Assembly: GCA_964632185.1 (NCBI GenBank)
Contig: CAZWBF010000003.1
Coordinates: 1 to 41,481 of the forward strand
Source: an uncultured archaeon
GTDB lineage: Archaea > Aenigmatarchaeota > Aenigmatarchaeia > CG10238-14 > CAZWBF01
Direction: 5' to 3'
DNA length: 41,481 nucleotides
Below the pieces are notes generated by a model. The model did not search any database and had not been told where the DNA came from. It saw only the letters and a list, made by a program, of their open reading frames with translations. How positions within the stretch are numbered: the first letter of the stretch is position 1; each line of letters starts with the position of its first letter. Shown here piece by piece: positions 1 through 9,475 of this stretch. The position numbers and the translations under genes were made by a program.

Positions 1-1015
1 CAAGTGTTGTACTATAATTTTTTTCCATGAGTTTTCTGTATTTTTCTGCTTTTTTATTAAACCAAATAGACTTAAAATCATAATTTACATCTCTTAAATT
101 ACCTATTACATATCTTTTTACATAACTTACCCAAACTTCACCATTTGACATAATATAACAAGATGCTATACCCTCGAAATTCTGAAATTTTTTTGTGAAA
201 CTATTTTTATGTAAAAGAAAATAATAATATTCCCTTCTCAATTTTTTTATCAGCTTTGAGATGCCTTTTCTCTTCATATTTTCTTTTATTAAAAAGTTAA
301 GAATTGGTTTAATTTTTTCTCTTTTTGGGACTATTCTAAGGTCTAGGTTATATAATTTAGCCCTATTTTCTGCTATTTCAACAATAAAAGAATCTGGATT
401 TAATTTTTTTACAAATTTATGAATTTCAAAAAAAGATTCTATATTATATCTCGATATGACTGTATTTATTCCAATTATCAATCTTTTATCTTTTATCTTT
501 TTAAGTAATTTAAATGTATTAATTACTGAATTAAAACATCCTTTCACTCCACGAATTTTATCATGCTGCTTGCCAATACCATCAAGAGAAAGGTTTATTA
601 TCAAATTTAATTTTGGACAACTATTTAATATTTTCTTTGTGTCGGAAACTATTTTTTTCGTCAAAATTCCGTTGGTTGCTAAAGATATAACTTTTGGCTT
701 AGTTCTTTTGTATATTATCTTTATTATTTCTGGTAGATCGCTTCGAAGGAATGGCTCACCACCAGTTATGGTCACCCAATATATCCTATCAAAATTTTCA
801 AAAATCTTTTCATATTCTTCTAATTTAAGCTCTTCTCTTCTTTTTTTAATAATATCATTTTTCCATATATTGCAAGTTTTACATCTACTATTACAATAAT
901 CATTCACACTTAACGTCAAAATGATAGGAAGTAGGTTGGGATGACCAATTTTCTTAAAAAAATTATATCCAATTATTTTAGGAATTAGTTCTATTTCACG
1001 AATAATTCTCTTCAC
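1..1015 (-). CDS. radical SAM enzyme, family-2-like paralog; 3' end cut by window edge; absent from supplied ORF track
   Basis: My own minus-strand translation is open from 1015 to 1: (V/M)KRIIREIELIPK...LTLSVNDYCNSRCKTCNIWKND (CxxxCxxC), VTITGGEPFLR (GGE motif), LATNGIL, LSLDGIGKQHDKIRGVKG. An in-frame TAA at 1034-1036 and no ATG before the cluster motif imply a GTG start at 1015. The + ORF 456..899 is its antisense shadow (GSPP = reverse of GGEP). Confidence 0.75.
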   Translation of the reverse strand, partial: MKRIIREIELIPKIIGYNFFKKIGHPNLLPIILTLSVNDYCNSRCKTCNIWKNDIIKKRREELKLEEYEKIFENFDRIYWVTITGGEPFLRSDLPEIIKIIYKRTKPKVISLATNGILTKKIVSDTKKILNSCPKLNLIINLSLDGIGKQHDKIRGVKGCFNSVINTFKLLKKIKDKRLIIGINTVISRYNIESFFEIHKFVKKLNPDSFIVEIAENRAKLYNLDLRIVPKREKIKPILNFLIKENMKRKGISKLIKKLRREYYYFLLHKNSFTKKFQNFEGIASCYIMSNGEVWVSYVKRYVIGNLRDVNYDFKSIWFNKKAEKYRKLMEKNYSTTL

Positions 1016-1076
1016 CTTATTTATGTTTCTATTTTATAAAAAGGATTTAAAACTCATATTGATTTCTAATTTGAAC

Positions 1077-2018
1077 TTAAAAAAACATTGATTTAAGTAA
1101 TTTGCGTATTAATAAGTTTTTTTCTATAGAAGAATAAAGTGGATCAAAAATCCCTAAATTTATTAATACATGTGCAATCATTTTTTGAGTATAAGATCTT
1201 AAATTAAAGTTTTTTCTTTTAAAAATTTTCTTCACATTTTTTATATCTTCTCCAACAATTTCAATTTGTCTGTTTTTTTTATCCCAAGATCTTTTTCTAT
1301 ACATACTACATACATGAAAGACTTTTTCTACATTGATACCCATTATTTCTGAAGCAACAATATCTAAAGCCACACAATCTTTACTAGCAAGAATTACACC
1401 TACTTTAACAGGATGTGGTATATTTTCATCTATTTCATTACCTATGATACCATCTATTATTCCAAAATCTGGTAAAATTATAGAAAATAGATCAAGCAAG
1501 GAGTATGGTAAAAATGCATGTAATTTTAGTCTTTGTACCTTAGGACAAACGCCCATCATATTTTTTAAACTTCCCGTTATTCCAGTTAGTGAATGAATTT
1601 TGAGTTTAGCTACGCTTATTACAAAGTCCGATCTTAAAACAGTTTTTGCTATATCAATTTCTCTAAACACAATGGGCCTATTAATTCTGACTTTAATTTT
1701 TTCATCCTTTTCGAGATTCATAAGTTGAACACCATATTCTTTTGCTAGTTTAGCATATTCATTCAATTTAAAAGTTTTTTCAACTTCGCTAGAACCATCT
1801 GCAATAATAACTTTTTTTGAACTTGGCAAAAAATCAAGGATGGCTCTAACTACATTTACATCTGTTGTGATACCTTTAGTACTATGTATAGGAAGAACAA
1901 GATTTGGTTTTATAATAATTTTTTTTCTTCCTTTTATTATTTTTCTAAATTTTGTAAGTTCCAATGCTCTTAAAGTAGCATTATACGCGTTACCTCTAAT
2001 AATTGCAACTTTTACCAT
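1077..2018 (-). CDS. DUF362-family protein (function unknown)
   Basis: 313-aa ORF. Motifs I associate with DUF362: IIIKPNLV near the N-terminus and AKLKIHSLTGITGSLKNMMG (KxH...T..lKN..G). Confidence 0.65.
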   Translation of the reverse strand: MVKVAIIRGNAYNATLRALELTKFRKIIKGRKKIIIKPNLVLPIHSTKGITTDVNVVRAILDFLPSSKKVIIADGSSEVEKTFKLNEYAKLAKEYGVQLMNLEKDEKIKVRINRPIVFREIDIAKTVLRSDFVISVAKLKIHSLTGITGSLKNMMGVCPKVQRLKLHAFLPYSLLDLFSIILPDFGIIDGIIGNEIDENIPHPVKVGVILASKDCVALDIVASEIMGINVEKVFHVCSMYRKRSWDKKNRQIEIVGEDIKNVKKIFKRKNFNLRSYTQKMIAHVLINLGIFDPLYSSIEKNLLIRKLLKSMFF

Positions 2019-2105
2019 GATTTACAATTGATTATCCATGTTTTAATTTTTTGAATTGTATAAATAATATAAGCTATTATGGAAAAATTAAAAAATAATT
2101 TTAAT

Positions 2106-3647
2106 TCAAGACGTTTGATAAATCTCAAATACAGTTTGATTATTTCTTCCAAAAATTTCATTTATCAAGTTGAATTTAATTCCTTTATTTTTAAAATATT
2201 GAAAAATTGATGGTTTCAAATTAATTTTTTTAGGAGAAATGTCACAAACAGATGAAGAAAAAACAATTAAATCTCCTTTTCTTATGTTCATTTCATCTGA
2301 TAGTTGCATAATATAAGTATTGTTTTTAAAATTAATCCAATTCAAACCAAAATACACCCCAGCATCATCTATCCAAAGTTGATTATATTTAGTTGAATTT
2401 AAAAATTGGTTTAATTGAACGATATAGTCCATACATTTCTCTCTTCCCATAGCATTAGTTGCTGATGCTTTAGCAAAATTCAAAAAATTTATATCTATGA
2501 AAAATTCAAAAAGAAGGAGGAAAAGAAAGAAGAAAATTAGCAATTTTTTTGTATATGATCTAGCATTAGTTGCTATAATATGAAATGCTCTTCCTATGAT
2601 CGTAATATAAATGGGTGTTATTAAACATAATTCTACATTTGAGAAAAAATAGAAAGTGAAAATATTCATTGGAATTATAGTAAAGAACAGTACAAATATT
2701 AAAAAATAATTTTTTGAAAAATTTTTATCCTTCTTATAAAGTATTAAGAAAATAAGAGAAAAAACAAAGAGTGAAAGATTTAAAGAAGAAAAGATTATTT
2801 GGTATACATCGTAGTATAGATTTTGATGACTGAAAAAAGACAATGTTCTAAATAAATTTTCTTTGATAGTTTGAATATCCAAGAGATTTATACCTGCTTT
2901 ATTGTATGGAAAACTGGTTTTAATAAAGTGATAAGTTGCAAAATTATTTGACAAATTATAAAAAATTATCGGATAAATTCCAAATAAAAACAAATATGAA
3001 ATTATTTTCCAGTCCTCTAATGTAAGATTACGAATTTTTTTGAAAAATCTAGGCCATAAAAAAACTCTAATTCCAATACCTATAAATAAAATCAACCATA
3101 AAATCGAGAGACGAAATAATAAAGAAAAACTTACAGTAAAAACTAACAAATAAAGATAAATTTTATTGTTTGTTTTATAAACCTTACTCACAAGATAAAA
3201 TAGAAGAGATGAAAAAAATGAAAGAATGGCTGCAGGATATATTCCAAGGTAATATATATCTGTAAATGAAAATGTAAAAAGTGCCGCAGTCAGTAGTGCA
3301 AAATTACAATCGTTGTAAAACTCTTTATAAAAAAGGTATATGAACAAAATAGAAAGAGTATTTAGTACCAAAAAAGGAATCTTCAATGCAAGTGCAGTTT
3401 TTCCAAATAGAAAAATGGAGATTAGCACTAAGTATACCATACCTGGCCCTGTATAATCGTTTATCATAAATTTAGGTATTAAGATATATCGAAAAATTCC
3501 GTAGTCAACTACTTTTAAGGCTGTTGCTCCAATTCTTATCTCATCTAAAAAAATGGGTTGATTCAATCCTCCATCAGCTCTAATTACAAATCCACTAACT
3601 AAAAGTAGTATTAAAATTATCAGTTTTTTTCCCTTTTCCATTTTCAT
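2106..3647 (-). CDS. GT-C fold membrane glycosyltransferase (ArnT/PMT-like, lipid-linked sugar donor)
   Basis: 513 aa with about 10 or more hydrophobic helices. Has a DE motif in the first loop after TM1 (QPIFLDEIRIG) and a soluble ~130-aa C-terminal domain. This architecture is typical of GT39/GT83-like enzymes. Confidence 0.6.
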   Translation of the reverse strand: MKMEKGKKLIILILLLVSGFVIRADGGLNQPIFLDEIRIGATALKVVDYGIFRYILIPKFMINDYTGPGMVYLVLISIFLFGKTALALKIPFLVLNTLSILFIYLFYKEFYNDCNFALLTAALFTFSFTDIYYLGIYPAAILSFFSSLLFYLVSKVYKTNNKIYLYLLVFTVSFSLLFRLSILWLILFIGIGIRVFLWPRFFKKIRNLTLEDWKIISYLFLFGIYPIIFYNLSNNFATYHFIKTSFPYNKAGINLLDIQTIKENLFRTLSFFSHQNLYYDVYQIIFSSLNLSLFVFSLIFLILYKKDKNFSKNYFLIFVLFFTIIPMNIFTFYFFSNVELCLITPIYITIIGRAFHIIATNARSYTKKLLIFFFLFLLLFEFFIDINFLNFAKASATNAMGREKCMDYIVQLNQFLNSTKYNQLWIDDAGVYFGLNWINFKNNTYIMQLSDEMNIRKGDLIVFSSSVCDISPKKINLKPSIFQYFKNKGIKFNLINEIFGRNNQTVFEIYQTS

Positions 3648-3656
3648 ATTAATAAT

Positions 3657-4646
3657 TTAATTTGGGCCTTGAAAAAATCTTTTAAAAACTTCATCTAATT
3701 CTTTATTCTCATCATCTTCATAAAATTTATTGAAGAAAAATCCATCAACTCTTCCAACACCATTTTCTAACACAATTTCATATGCCTTTGCTCTTATTTG
3801 TTCGCTATTTTCATCATTTCCTAAAAATTTTCCATTAACAACATCAATTCCAATTTCTCCTAAAATAACACATTTTATATTGAATTTTCTCTTCAGCCTC
3901 TCTATTCTTTCGAACTCTTTTTTAACTATTTTCTCATATTCTTCTAAACTTTCGACCCCAGCATATGTTATATTTGTATTTGGGTCTTTTGCAAAAGAAG
4001 TAGAAAATGGGTAAAACGTTAAACCAATACAATCGTAACCAGAAAAATTATAATTTTCATATAATCCAAATTGAACCCCCTCCTTTGTTGTCAGAATTCC
4101 TTTATAATATTTTCTTATTTCTTCTCTTGTACTTTGAAGCCATTCGTTTGTTAAATTTATAGAGTCTGACATTTTATGAATAGCTAATCCCAATTCATTC
4201 CAATTAGCATATAGTTCAACATTATTTTCATCTGCAAATTTTGAGAGCTCAACCGAAATATTTTTTGCTTTCTTTAAAAAAACAGAATCATTGATCATTC
4301 CACCAGTATAATGACCTCCAATCAAATTAACAAAGGGGGATAAAAATACTTTCAAATTATTTTTATGAGCCAATCCTATTTTTTCCTTTATTTTTGTAAG
4401 ATTTGAAAGAAGAATAAATGTTTGATTCTCTCTATCATACTCATAATAAACGTTAATGTTTATTGCATTTCCACCTAAATTTTTAATTTTTTTTATAGTC
4501 TCTTCATTTATTTCATCATCAGCTAAATATCCGTACCACCCAAAACCTTTGTAAGTAATATCCCTTATTTCCCTTTTTATTGAAAAGAAGGTAAGAATCA
4601 TAAAAAACAGAAGAATGAAAAAGAAAACCTTTTTATAATTTTTCAC
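3657..4646 (-). CDS. membrane-anchored or secreted clan GH-A (GH5-like) glycoside hydrolase
   Basis: N-terminal hydrophobic anchor (FFFILLFFMILTFF). Candidate acid/base motif YANWNELG (N-E) and candidate nucleophile motif VILGEIGID, spaced as in (beta/alpha)8 GH-A enzymes. Confidence 0.5.
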   Translation of the reverse strand: MKNYKKVFFFILLFFMILTFFSIKREIRDITYKGFGWYGYLADDEINEETIKKIKNLGGNAININVYYEYDRENQTFILLSNLTKIKEKIGLAHKNNLKVFLSPFVNLIGGHYTGGMINDSVFLKKAKNISVELSKFADENNVELYANWNELGLAIHKMSDSINLTNEWLQSTREEIRKYYKGILTTKEGVQFGLYENYNFSGYDCIGLTFYPFSTSFAKDPNTNITYAGVESLEEYEKIVKKEFERIERLKRKFNIKCVILGEIGIDVVNGKFLGNDENSEQIRAKAYEIVLENGVGRVDGFFFNKFYEDDENKELDEVFKRFFQGPN

Positions 4647-5785
4647 TTTTTCACCTCTTCCAATATCTTATCAAATTTATTATAGATATTTTGCCAGCTG
4701 TATTTTTTTATAAATTTTTTAGAAATATTTTTTTTCTGAGGGTTTTTAATCGTTTCAACAATGTAATCAGAAAAAGTTTTCCAGTCATTAGTTATTTTAA
4801 GAAATGGTTTTGTTAAATTGTTGATTAAACCCTCAGCACCTTTATAAGTTGAAACAACTGTTTTACCACAGGCTATTGACTCTAAAATTTTTATTCTTGT
4901 TCCACTGCCTGCTAACAACGGAACTATCACTACATCAGCAGCATTTATGTAACTTTCTATATCATCTACTAGTCCAGTAAAGATCATTGAAGGATGTTTT
5001 ATACCAAAATCGAACTTTTTTCCTACAATAAAAAATTTTGCATTTGGAATTTTTTCTAAAACTTTTGGCAAGATTCTCCATCTAATGATATATACAGCTT
5101 CTTTATTTGGTGGATAATCAAGTTTTCCAAAAAATAAGACCATTGGAGCTTTCCCTATATTATATTTCTTCCTAATTCTTTCCCCCTTTCTCTTATCAGG
5201 ATAAAAAATTTCTTTGTCAAATCCATTTTCCACAACTTCTATTTTGTTTTCTTTTATTCCAAATTCCTTTTTGATTATTTTTTTATCAATATCAGATACT
5301 GTAACTATTTTCCATGAAATTTTGCATAAAATTGATTCTAAAAGCTTCATCAATTTTCCATATCTTGCTCTGATTTCATCTTTAATTTTATGTTCAATGT
5401 TGTGTTCATGAAAAATAAATGGTATTCCTGAAAACATATGAACAAAAAGCGTATTTATTCCAGACCAGGGATAATCACAAACTATAATATCAATTTCCTC
5501 TTCTAAAATTATCTCTAAACTTTTCAAGATAACTTCGGGATTTATATGTTTTGTAAATGGATGTTCTAATCTAATTAACGGATTTGGAGTGAAAATCTTT
5601 ACTCCAAGACTTTTAAGTTTTAGTCTATGAAAATTGTCTTTTTTATCTTTGAATTGTCTATAAAATGGCATGATCAAAAAAACTTCATGTTTTTTTGATA
5701 GATGTTTTACCAAGTTATATGTTCTCCTTCCACCACCCCAATAAGGTGGAAAAATGTAAAGTGGCGTCATGAACAGAATTTTCAT
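4643..5785 (-). CDS. GT4-family (GT-B fold) glycosyltransferase
   Basis: N-terminal PPYWGGGRRTYNL and C-terminal GSGTRIKILESIACGKTVVSTYKGAEGL (E-x7-E-type GT4 signature). Overlaps both neighbours by 4 nt. Confidence 0.85.
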   Translation of the reverse strand: MKILFMTPLYIFPPYWGGGRRTYNLVKHLSKKHEVFLIMPFYRQFKDKKDNFHRLKLKSLGVKIFTPNPLIRLEHPFTKHINPEVILKSLEIILEEEIDIIVCDYPWSGINTLFVHMFSGIPFIFHEHNIEHKIKDEIRARYGKLMKLLESILCKISWKIVTVSDIDKKIIKKEFGIKENKIEVVENGFDKEIFYPDKRKGERIRKKYNIGKAPMVLFFGKLDYPPNKEAVYIIRWRILPKVLEKIPNAKFFIVGKKFDFGIKHPSMIFTGLVDDIESYINAADVVIVPLLAGSGTRIKILESIACGKTVVSTYKGAEGLINNLTKPFLKITNDWKTFSDYIVETIKNPQKKNISKKFIKKYSWQNIYNKFDKILEEVKK

Positions 5786-6990
5786 TTTTTCCCTCTTTTT
5801 AAAACTAAATTTTCATAGATTTCTATGTATTTTTTTATTATTTCTTTCCACTCCCACTTTTTAATAAACGAATACGCATTTTCTTTTAATTTTTTCTGTA
5901 ATTTTTTATTTCTAACTAATTTTTCAACTTCTTTTGGAAAATTTTTTAATTCTGTAATTATCACTTCTTTCTTATTTTTAACTGGTATACCTTCTATAGC
6001 AAATGAAGTTGAAATTGTTGGAATTTTGCTTGCGAAATATTCAAGAATTTTTATTCTCATCCCACCTCCAGCTATAATTGGTACTAATGCTATATCTGCT
6101 GCTTTTAAATATAATGGTAGATTCTTAACCACACCCGTAAAAATTACATCTGGATCTTTCAAATGTAGAGGTGGATATTCTCCAATGGCCAAAATCTTTG
6201 GCTTAATTTTCTTTTTTCTGAAAAAAGGTAAAACTTTTTTTATCAAAAATTCCATAGCATCTTTATTCGGTTTGTAAGAATAAGTACCATGAAATACAAA
6301 AGTGGGATATTTTAAATTAAACTTTTTTCTGATTTTCCTCACATCTTCCTCGTTTACATCAAATATTTTTAAATCAACACCAAAGGGTATGACAACAATT
6401 TTTTCTTTTTTCACACCAATAGAAATTAATCTTTTCTTTTCTTCTTCAGTTATTACTATTACTTTATCAGAAAAATTACAAACAAACTTCTCAATATTTT
6501 TTATTAGATTTATCCCATTCTTATTTAATTTTACAATCTTGGGAATTTGAAAAGTTTCTACATTATGCTCCACGATGCAAACCGGTATACCAGTCAAAAA
6601 TTTAACAAAAATCGCTGGAATGCCAAAACAAGTAAATTCAGCTTGTATTACGTCAATTTTCTCTTTCTTTACTACATACAGAAGTCTTGCCCAAAGTCTT
6701 GTATTAAGTAAGGGATGATAAATTGGATGAATATCTGATGGTATACCTAAAAAATTAAGTAATTCCTTTTCATTTTCTGAAATTTTTGAATTTTTAAGTT
6801 GTGATGGATATTTTTTTATTCTAAACTTTCCTCTCTTTACTTCGTAGTAAAATTCGTCTTCTGCTGTTACAAAAAAAACTTTTATTCCAGTTTCTGATAA
6901 AGTTTTTAATGTATAATACAATTTATTAGATGCGCCTTGAGTAGGTGGGAATAAACTCAAGTCACCTCTACTTATTATGCAAACCCGCAT
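5782..6990 (-). CDS. GT4-family (GT-B fold) glycosyltransferase
   Basis: C-terminal GGGMRIKILEYFASKIPTISTSFAIEGI signature. 402 aa. Its stop overlaps the downstream GT4 start by 4 nt. Confidence 0.85.
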   Translation of the reverse strand: MRVCIISRGDLSLFPPTQGASNKLYYTLKTLSETGIKVFFVTAEDEFYYEVKRGKFRIKKYPSQLKNSKISENEKELLNFLGIPSDIHPIYHPLLNTRLWARLLYVVKKEKIDVIQAEFTCFGIPAIFVKFLTGIPVCIVEHNVETFQIPKIVKLNKNGINLIKNIEKFVCNFSDKVIVITEEEKKRLISIGVKKEKIVVIPFGVDLKIFDVNEEDVRKIRKKFNLKYPTFVFHGTYSYKPNKDAMEFLIKKVLPFFRKKKIKPKILAIGEYPPLHLKDPDVIFTGVVKNLPLYLKAADIALVPIIAGGGMRIKILEYFASKIPTISTSFAIEGIPVKNKKEVIITELKNFPKEVEKLVRNKKLQKKLKENAYSFIKKWEWKEIIKKYIEIYENLVLKRGKK

Positions 6991-7024
6991 AAAGAAATAT
7001 TTGTTTCAATTTCAAAATAAAAAT

Positions 7025-7231
7025 ATGCGAAGAAAAACTAGAAAAAAATTAAAAAAAATAAATATAGATAATGTGTTGTTCTATTCAATAGTTAGTGGTA
7101 TACTTTTACTTTCATTCGGCGTTTACATAATGGGTTCTGGAATAAATAGGTATATGGGAAAAACCATGCTAATATTGGGAAGTGGAATTTTTTACATCTC
7201 TGTTATAATTTTTACTTTTAGAATTAAATGA
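7025..7231 (+). CDS. possible small two-TM membrane protein (hypothetical)
   Basis: The track ORF 6977..7231 overlaps the GT4 start, so the internal ATG at 7025 (MRRKTRKKLKK...) is more plausible. It has a basic N-terminus followed by two hydrophobic helices. It lies alone on the + strand in a 241-nt gap between minus-strand genes, so it may be spurious. Confidence 0.35.
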   Translation: MRRKTRKKLKKINIDNVLFYSIVSGILLLSFGVYIMGSGINRYMGKTMLILGSGIFYISVIIFTFRIK

Positions 7232-8302
7232 TCATAAAAATTTAGAAAGTTCATCTCTTATGATTTTATTATATTGAACCAAAGTTGTACAACATTTTTG
7301 ACAATATTCTGGGATATTTTTATTCATCAAATCTTTCCTTCTTTTTTCAAAATAATCTCCAAACCAAATTTCTTTTAAGCTCTTTTTCTTAACATTTTCT
7401 GTTGTTGATTGATCTAAAAATCCACAAGGACAAACCCATCCATCTACTCTAATTCCCATTCTCCACCAAGGTTCATAACAAGGTATAGAAAGAAAATTTC
7501 TTTTTTTATTTTTTATCATCTTTCTTATTTCTTTAATCATTCTTCCAGTATTTTCTATTAATTCTGTAGAAAAAAATTGTTGTAAATTTGTTTCTAAACC
7601 ATTTGCGAAAGTAAATGCTTTTTTTGCAAGTTTCTTAAATTCCTGTACCTCTTCCTTAGAAAGTTTGAGCATCCGCCCTTTCTCTGTATAGACTGTTAAA
7701 GGCTCTATAAAAAATGCTTGAACATTAAGTTTTTTTGCAAGTTTAATCATTTGAATTATTTTTCTAAAGTTCAATTTATTTAAAACAAAACCTATTTCAA
7801 GTTTAGGTTTTTCTGTTTTTAATTTTCTCTTATATAAAACAAAATTTTTTATATTCCTAATAACTTTTTCAAAACTTTCGCCTTGAGATAAATTATTTTG
7901 TATTTTTTTGTTTGGCCCATGAAAACTAATTTTTACATGATCCCAACCAATTTTTACTAAAACTTTAATCATATCTGGTGTAAACAATGTACCATTCGTG
8001 CAAATATATCCAAACATTCTATATTTTTTAACCAATTTCATTATTTCAATTATATCTTTTCTCATCAATGGTTCTCCTCCACCAATAATTCTTATTTCTT
8101 TAACACCAAGCTGATTTGCTTCCTTCAATATCCTTTTGTAATCTTCGAGCGACAACTCTTCACCATAATTAACTTTTTTTCCATATCTCCAACAAAATAA
8201 ACAATTTAAATTGCACCTTAGGGTAGGACTTATTTCTATGCTATAGGGCATTGCCTTTTCTCCTTTTGCCCATTTTAAAATCCTTTCTATTTTTTCTTCC
8301 AT
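7232..8302 (-). CDS. radical SAM enzyme with C-terminal twitch/SPASM-like domain (family 1, paralog 1 of 21)
   Basis: MEEKIERILKWAKGEK N-terminus; CNLNCLFC; IIGGGEP; CTNGTL; CYEPWWRMGIRVDGWVCPC...CQKCC. A GGGAGG Shine-Dalgarno-like motif lies ~10 nt upstream, inside the preceding gene. Confidence 0.9.
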   Translation of the reverse strand: MEEKIERILKWAKGEKAMPYSIEISPTLRCNLNCLFCWRYGKKVNYGEELSLEDYKRILKEANQLGVKEIRIIGGGEPLMRKDIIEIMKLVKKYRMFGYICTNGTLFTPDMIKVLVKIGWDHVKISFHGPNKKIQNNLSQGESFEKVIRNIKNFVLYKRKLKTEKPKLEIGFVLNKLNFRKIIQMIKLAKKLNVQAFFIEPLTVYTEKGRMLKLSKEEVQEFKKLAKKAFTFANGLETNLQQFFSTELIENTGRMIKEIRKMIKNKKRNFLSIPCYEPWWRMGIRVDGWVCPCGFLDQSTTENVKKKSLKEIWFGDYFEKRRKDLMNKNIPEYCQKCCTTLVQYNKIIRDELSKFL

Positions 8303-9363
8303 TTCTTTAATTCCTCCCTTATTCTTCTATTCTCATATACCTGCCCAGCATTACAAATTGAACAGTACTTAGAAAATCGTTTATTTAATATTTTCTTTCT
8401 TATATTTTCGAAAAAATCTCCAAACCAAATTTCTTTTAAGCTCTTTTTCTTAACATTTTCTGTTTTTTCATCGTACAAACAACAAGGTTGGGCAGTACCA
8501 TTTGTTTTTATTACTAAATGCCACCAAGGTTCATAACAAACTAAGGAAGCAAAATTTTTTGTTTCACCTTCTTTTTTTAATATATCTTTCATTTCATTTG
8601 ATTTCTCTATAAATTCTGGAGTTAAATGGTCCACATCAGTCCAGATTCCATATTTTTGAGCTAATTTTTTTGCAATTTTTGCATTTTTTACAAATTGGTA
8701 TTCTTCTTTTTTATTTAATTTCAATTTTTCTCCAAGTTCTGAATGAACTGTCAATGTATCAAAATGAACAATAGAACATTTTACTGCTTTCGCTAATTCT
8801 ATCATTTCCTTAACTTTGTTGTAATTTTTCTTATTAAGCACTACATTAAACTTTAAAATAGGATATTCACTTTTTGTTAATTCCTTAACATGATTAATCA
8901 TTTCTATTGTCTTCATTATTTTTTCAAAACTATTGTTTCTTCGTACAAAATCATTAGTTTCTTTATCTGGACCATCAATACTAATCGTAATTCTATCCCA
9001 GCCAATTTTTACAATCTCTTTTATATCTTCTAAAGTAAAAAGAGTTCCATTAGTTGTAATATTTCCAAAATTTTTACTTTTTTTAATAATCTCCATAATT
9101 TTCAATGTCAGTTCTTTTCTCATTAAAGGCTCTCCCCCACCCGTAATTTCGAACTCTCTAATACCAAATTTTATTGCTTCTTTTACAAGACTTATCAATC
9201 TTTCATCTGAGAGTTCATAACTAGAATCAATTTTGTTAAAAGCTCTTTGCCAACAATGGATACATTTTAGATTACATCTGTCGGTTGGATTAATATCTAA
9301 AGTAAATGGTGGTGCTTTCTTTCCTCTTGCCCATTTTAAAATCCTTTCTATTTTTTCTTCCAT
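8287..9363 (-). CDS. radical SAM enzyme, family 1 paralog 2
   Basis: The track start is 9378 (MIIKF). I prefer the ATG at 9363 (MEEKIERILKWARGKK), which matches paralog N-termini and leaves a TTTAAAT box ~20 nt upstream. CNLKCIHC; ITGGGEP; TTNGTL; CYEPWWHLVIKTNGTAQPCC...CSIC. Confidence 0.9.
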   Translation of the reverse strand: MEEKIERILKWARGKKAPPFTLDINPTDRCNLKCIHCWQRAFNKIDSSYELSDERLISLVKEAIKFGIREFEITGGGEPLMRKELTLKIMEIIKKSKNFGNITTNGTLFTLEDIKEIVKIGWDRITISIDGPDKETNDFVRRNNSFEKIMKTIEMINHVKELTKSEYPILKFNVVLNKKNYNKVKEMIELAKAVKCSIVHFDTLTVHSELGEKLKLNKKEEYQFVKNAKIAKKLAQKYGIWTDVDHLTPEFIEKSNEMKDILKKEGETKNFASLVCYEPWWHLVIKTNGTAQPCCLYDEKTENVKKKSLKEIWFGDFFENIRKKILNKRFSKYCSICNAGQVYENRRIREELKKWKKK

Positions 9364-9475
9364 AAACTTTATTATCATTTAAATTTTTATCTAAATTTTC
9401 AAAATATAATTGTCTTTAAAATTAGATAACCGAGTAAAAATTCATAAAGTATAAAATAATTTTAGAGACCAAATT
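9364..9475. promoter_or_regulatory. divergent intergenic region, putative bidirectional promoter
   Basis: One of the few non-coding gaps, lying between divergent paralogs 2 and 3. TTTAAAT and TATAAAAT boxes sit roughly 20-25 nt upstream of the two ATGs. No clear Shine-Dalgarno motif, compatible with short-leader or leaderless archaeal-type transcripts. Confidence 0.3.

Noticed and set aside
456-899. 147-aa + strand ORF from the supplied track
   Set aside because: It is the antisense shadow of the truncated minus-strand rSAM gene (1-1015). It contains GSPPV, the reverse reading of GGEP, and is otherwise a low-complexity F/I/L/S-rich sequence.
6977-7024. Upstream start (6977) for the small + strand ORF
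   Set aside because: It would overlap the GT4 start codon region on the opposite strand and add a non-hydrophobic, non-conserved extension. The ATG at 7025 is more plausible, and the ORF itself remains doubtful.
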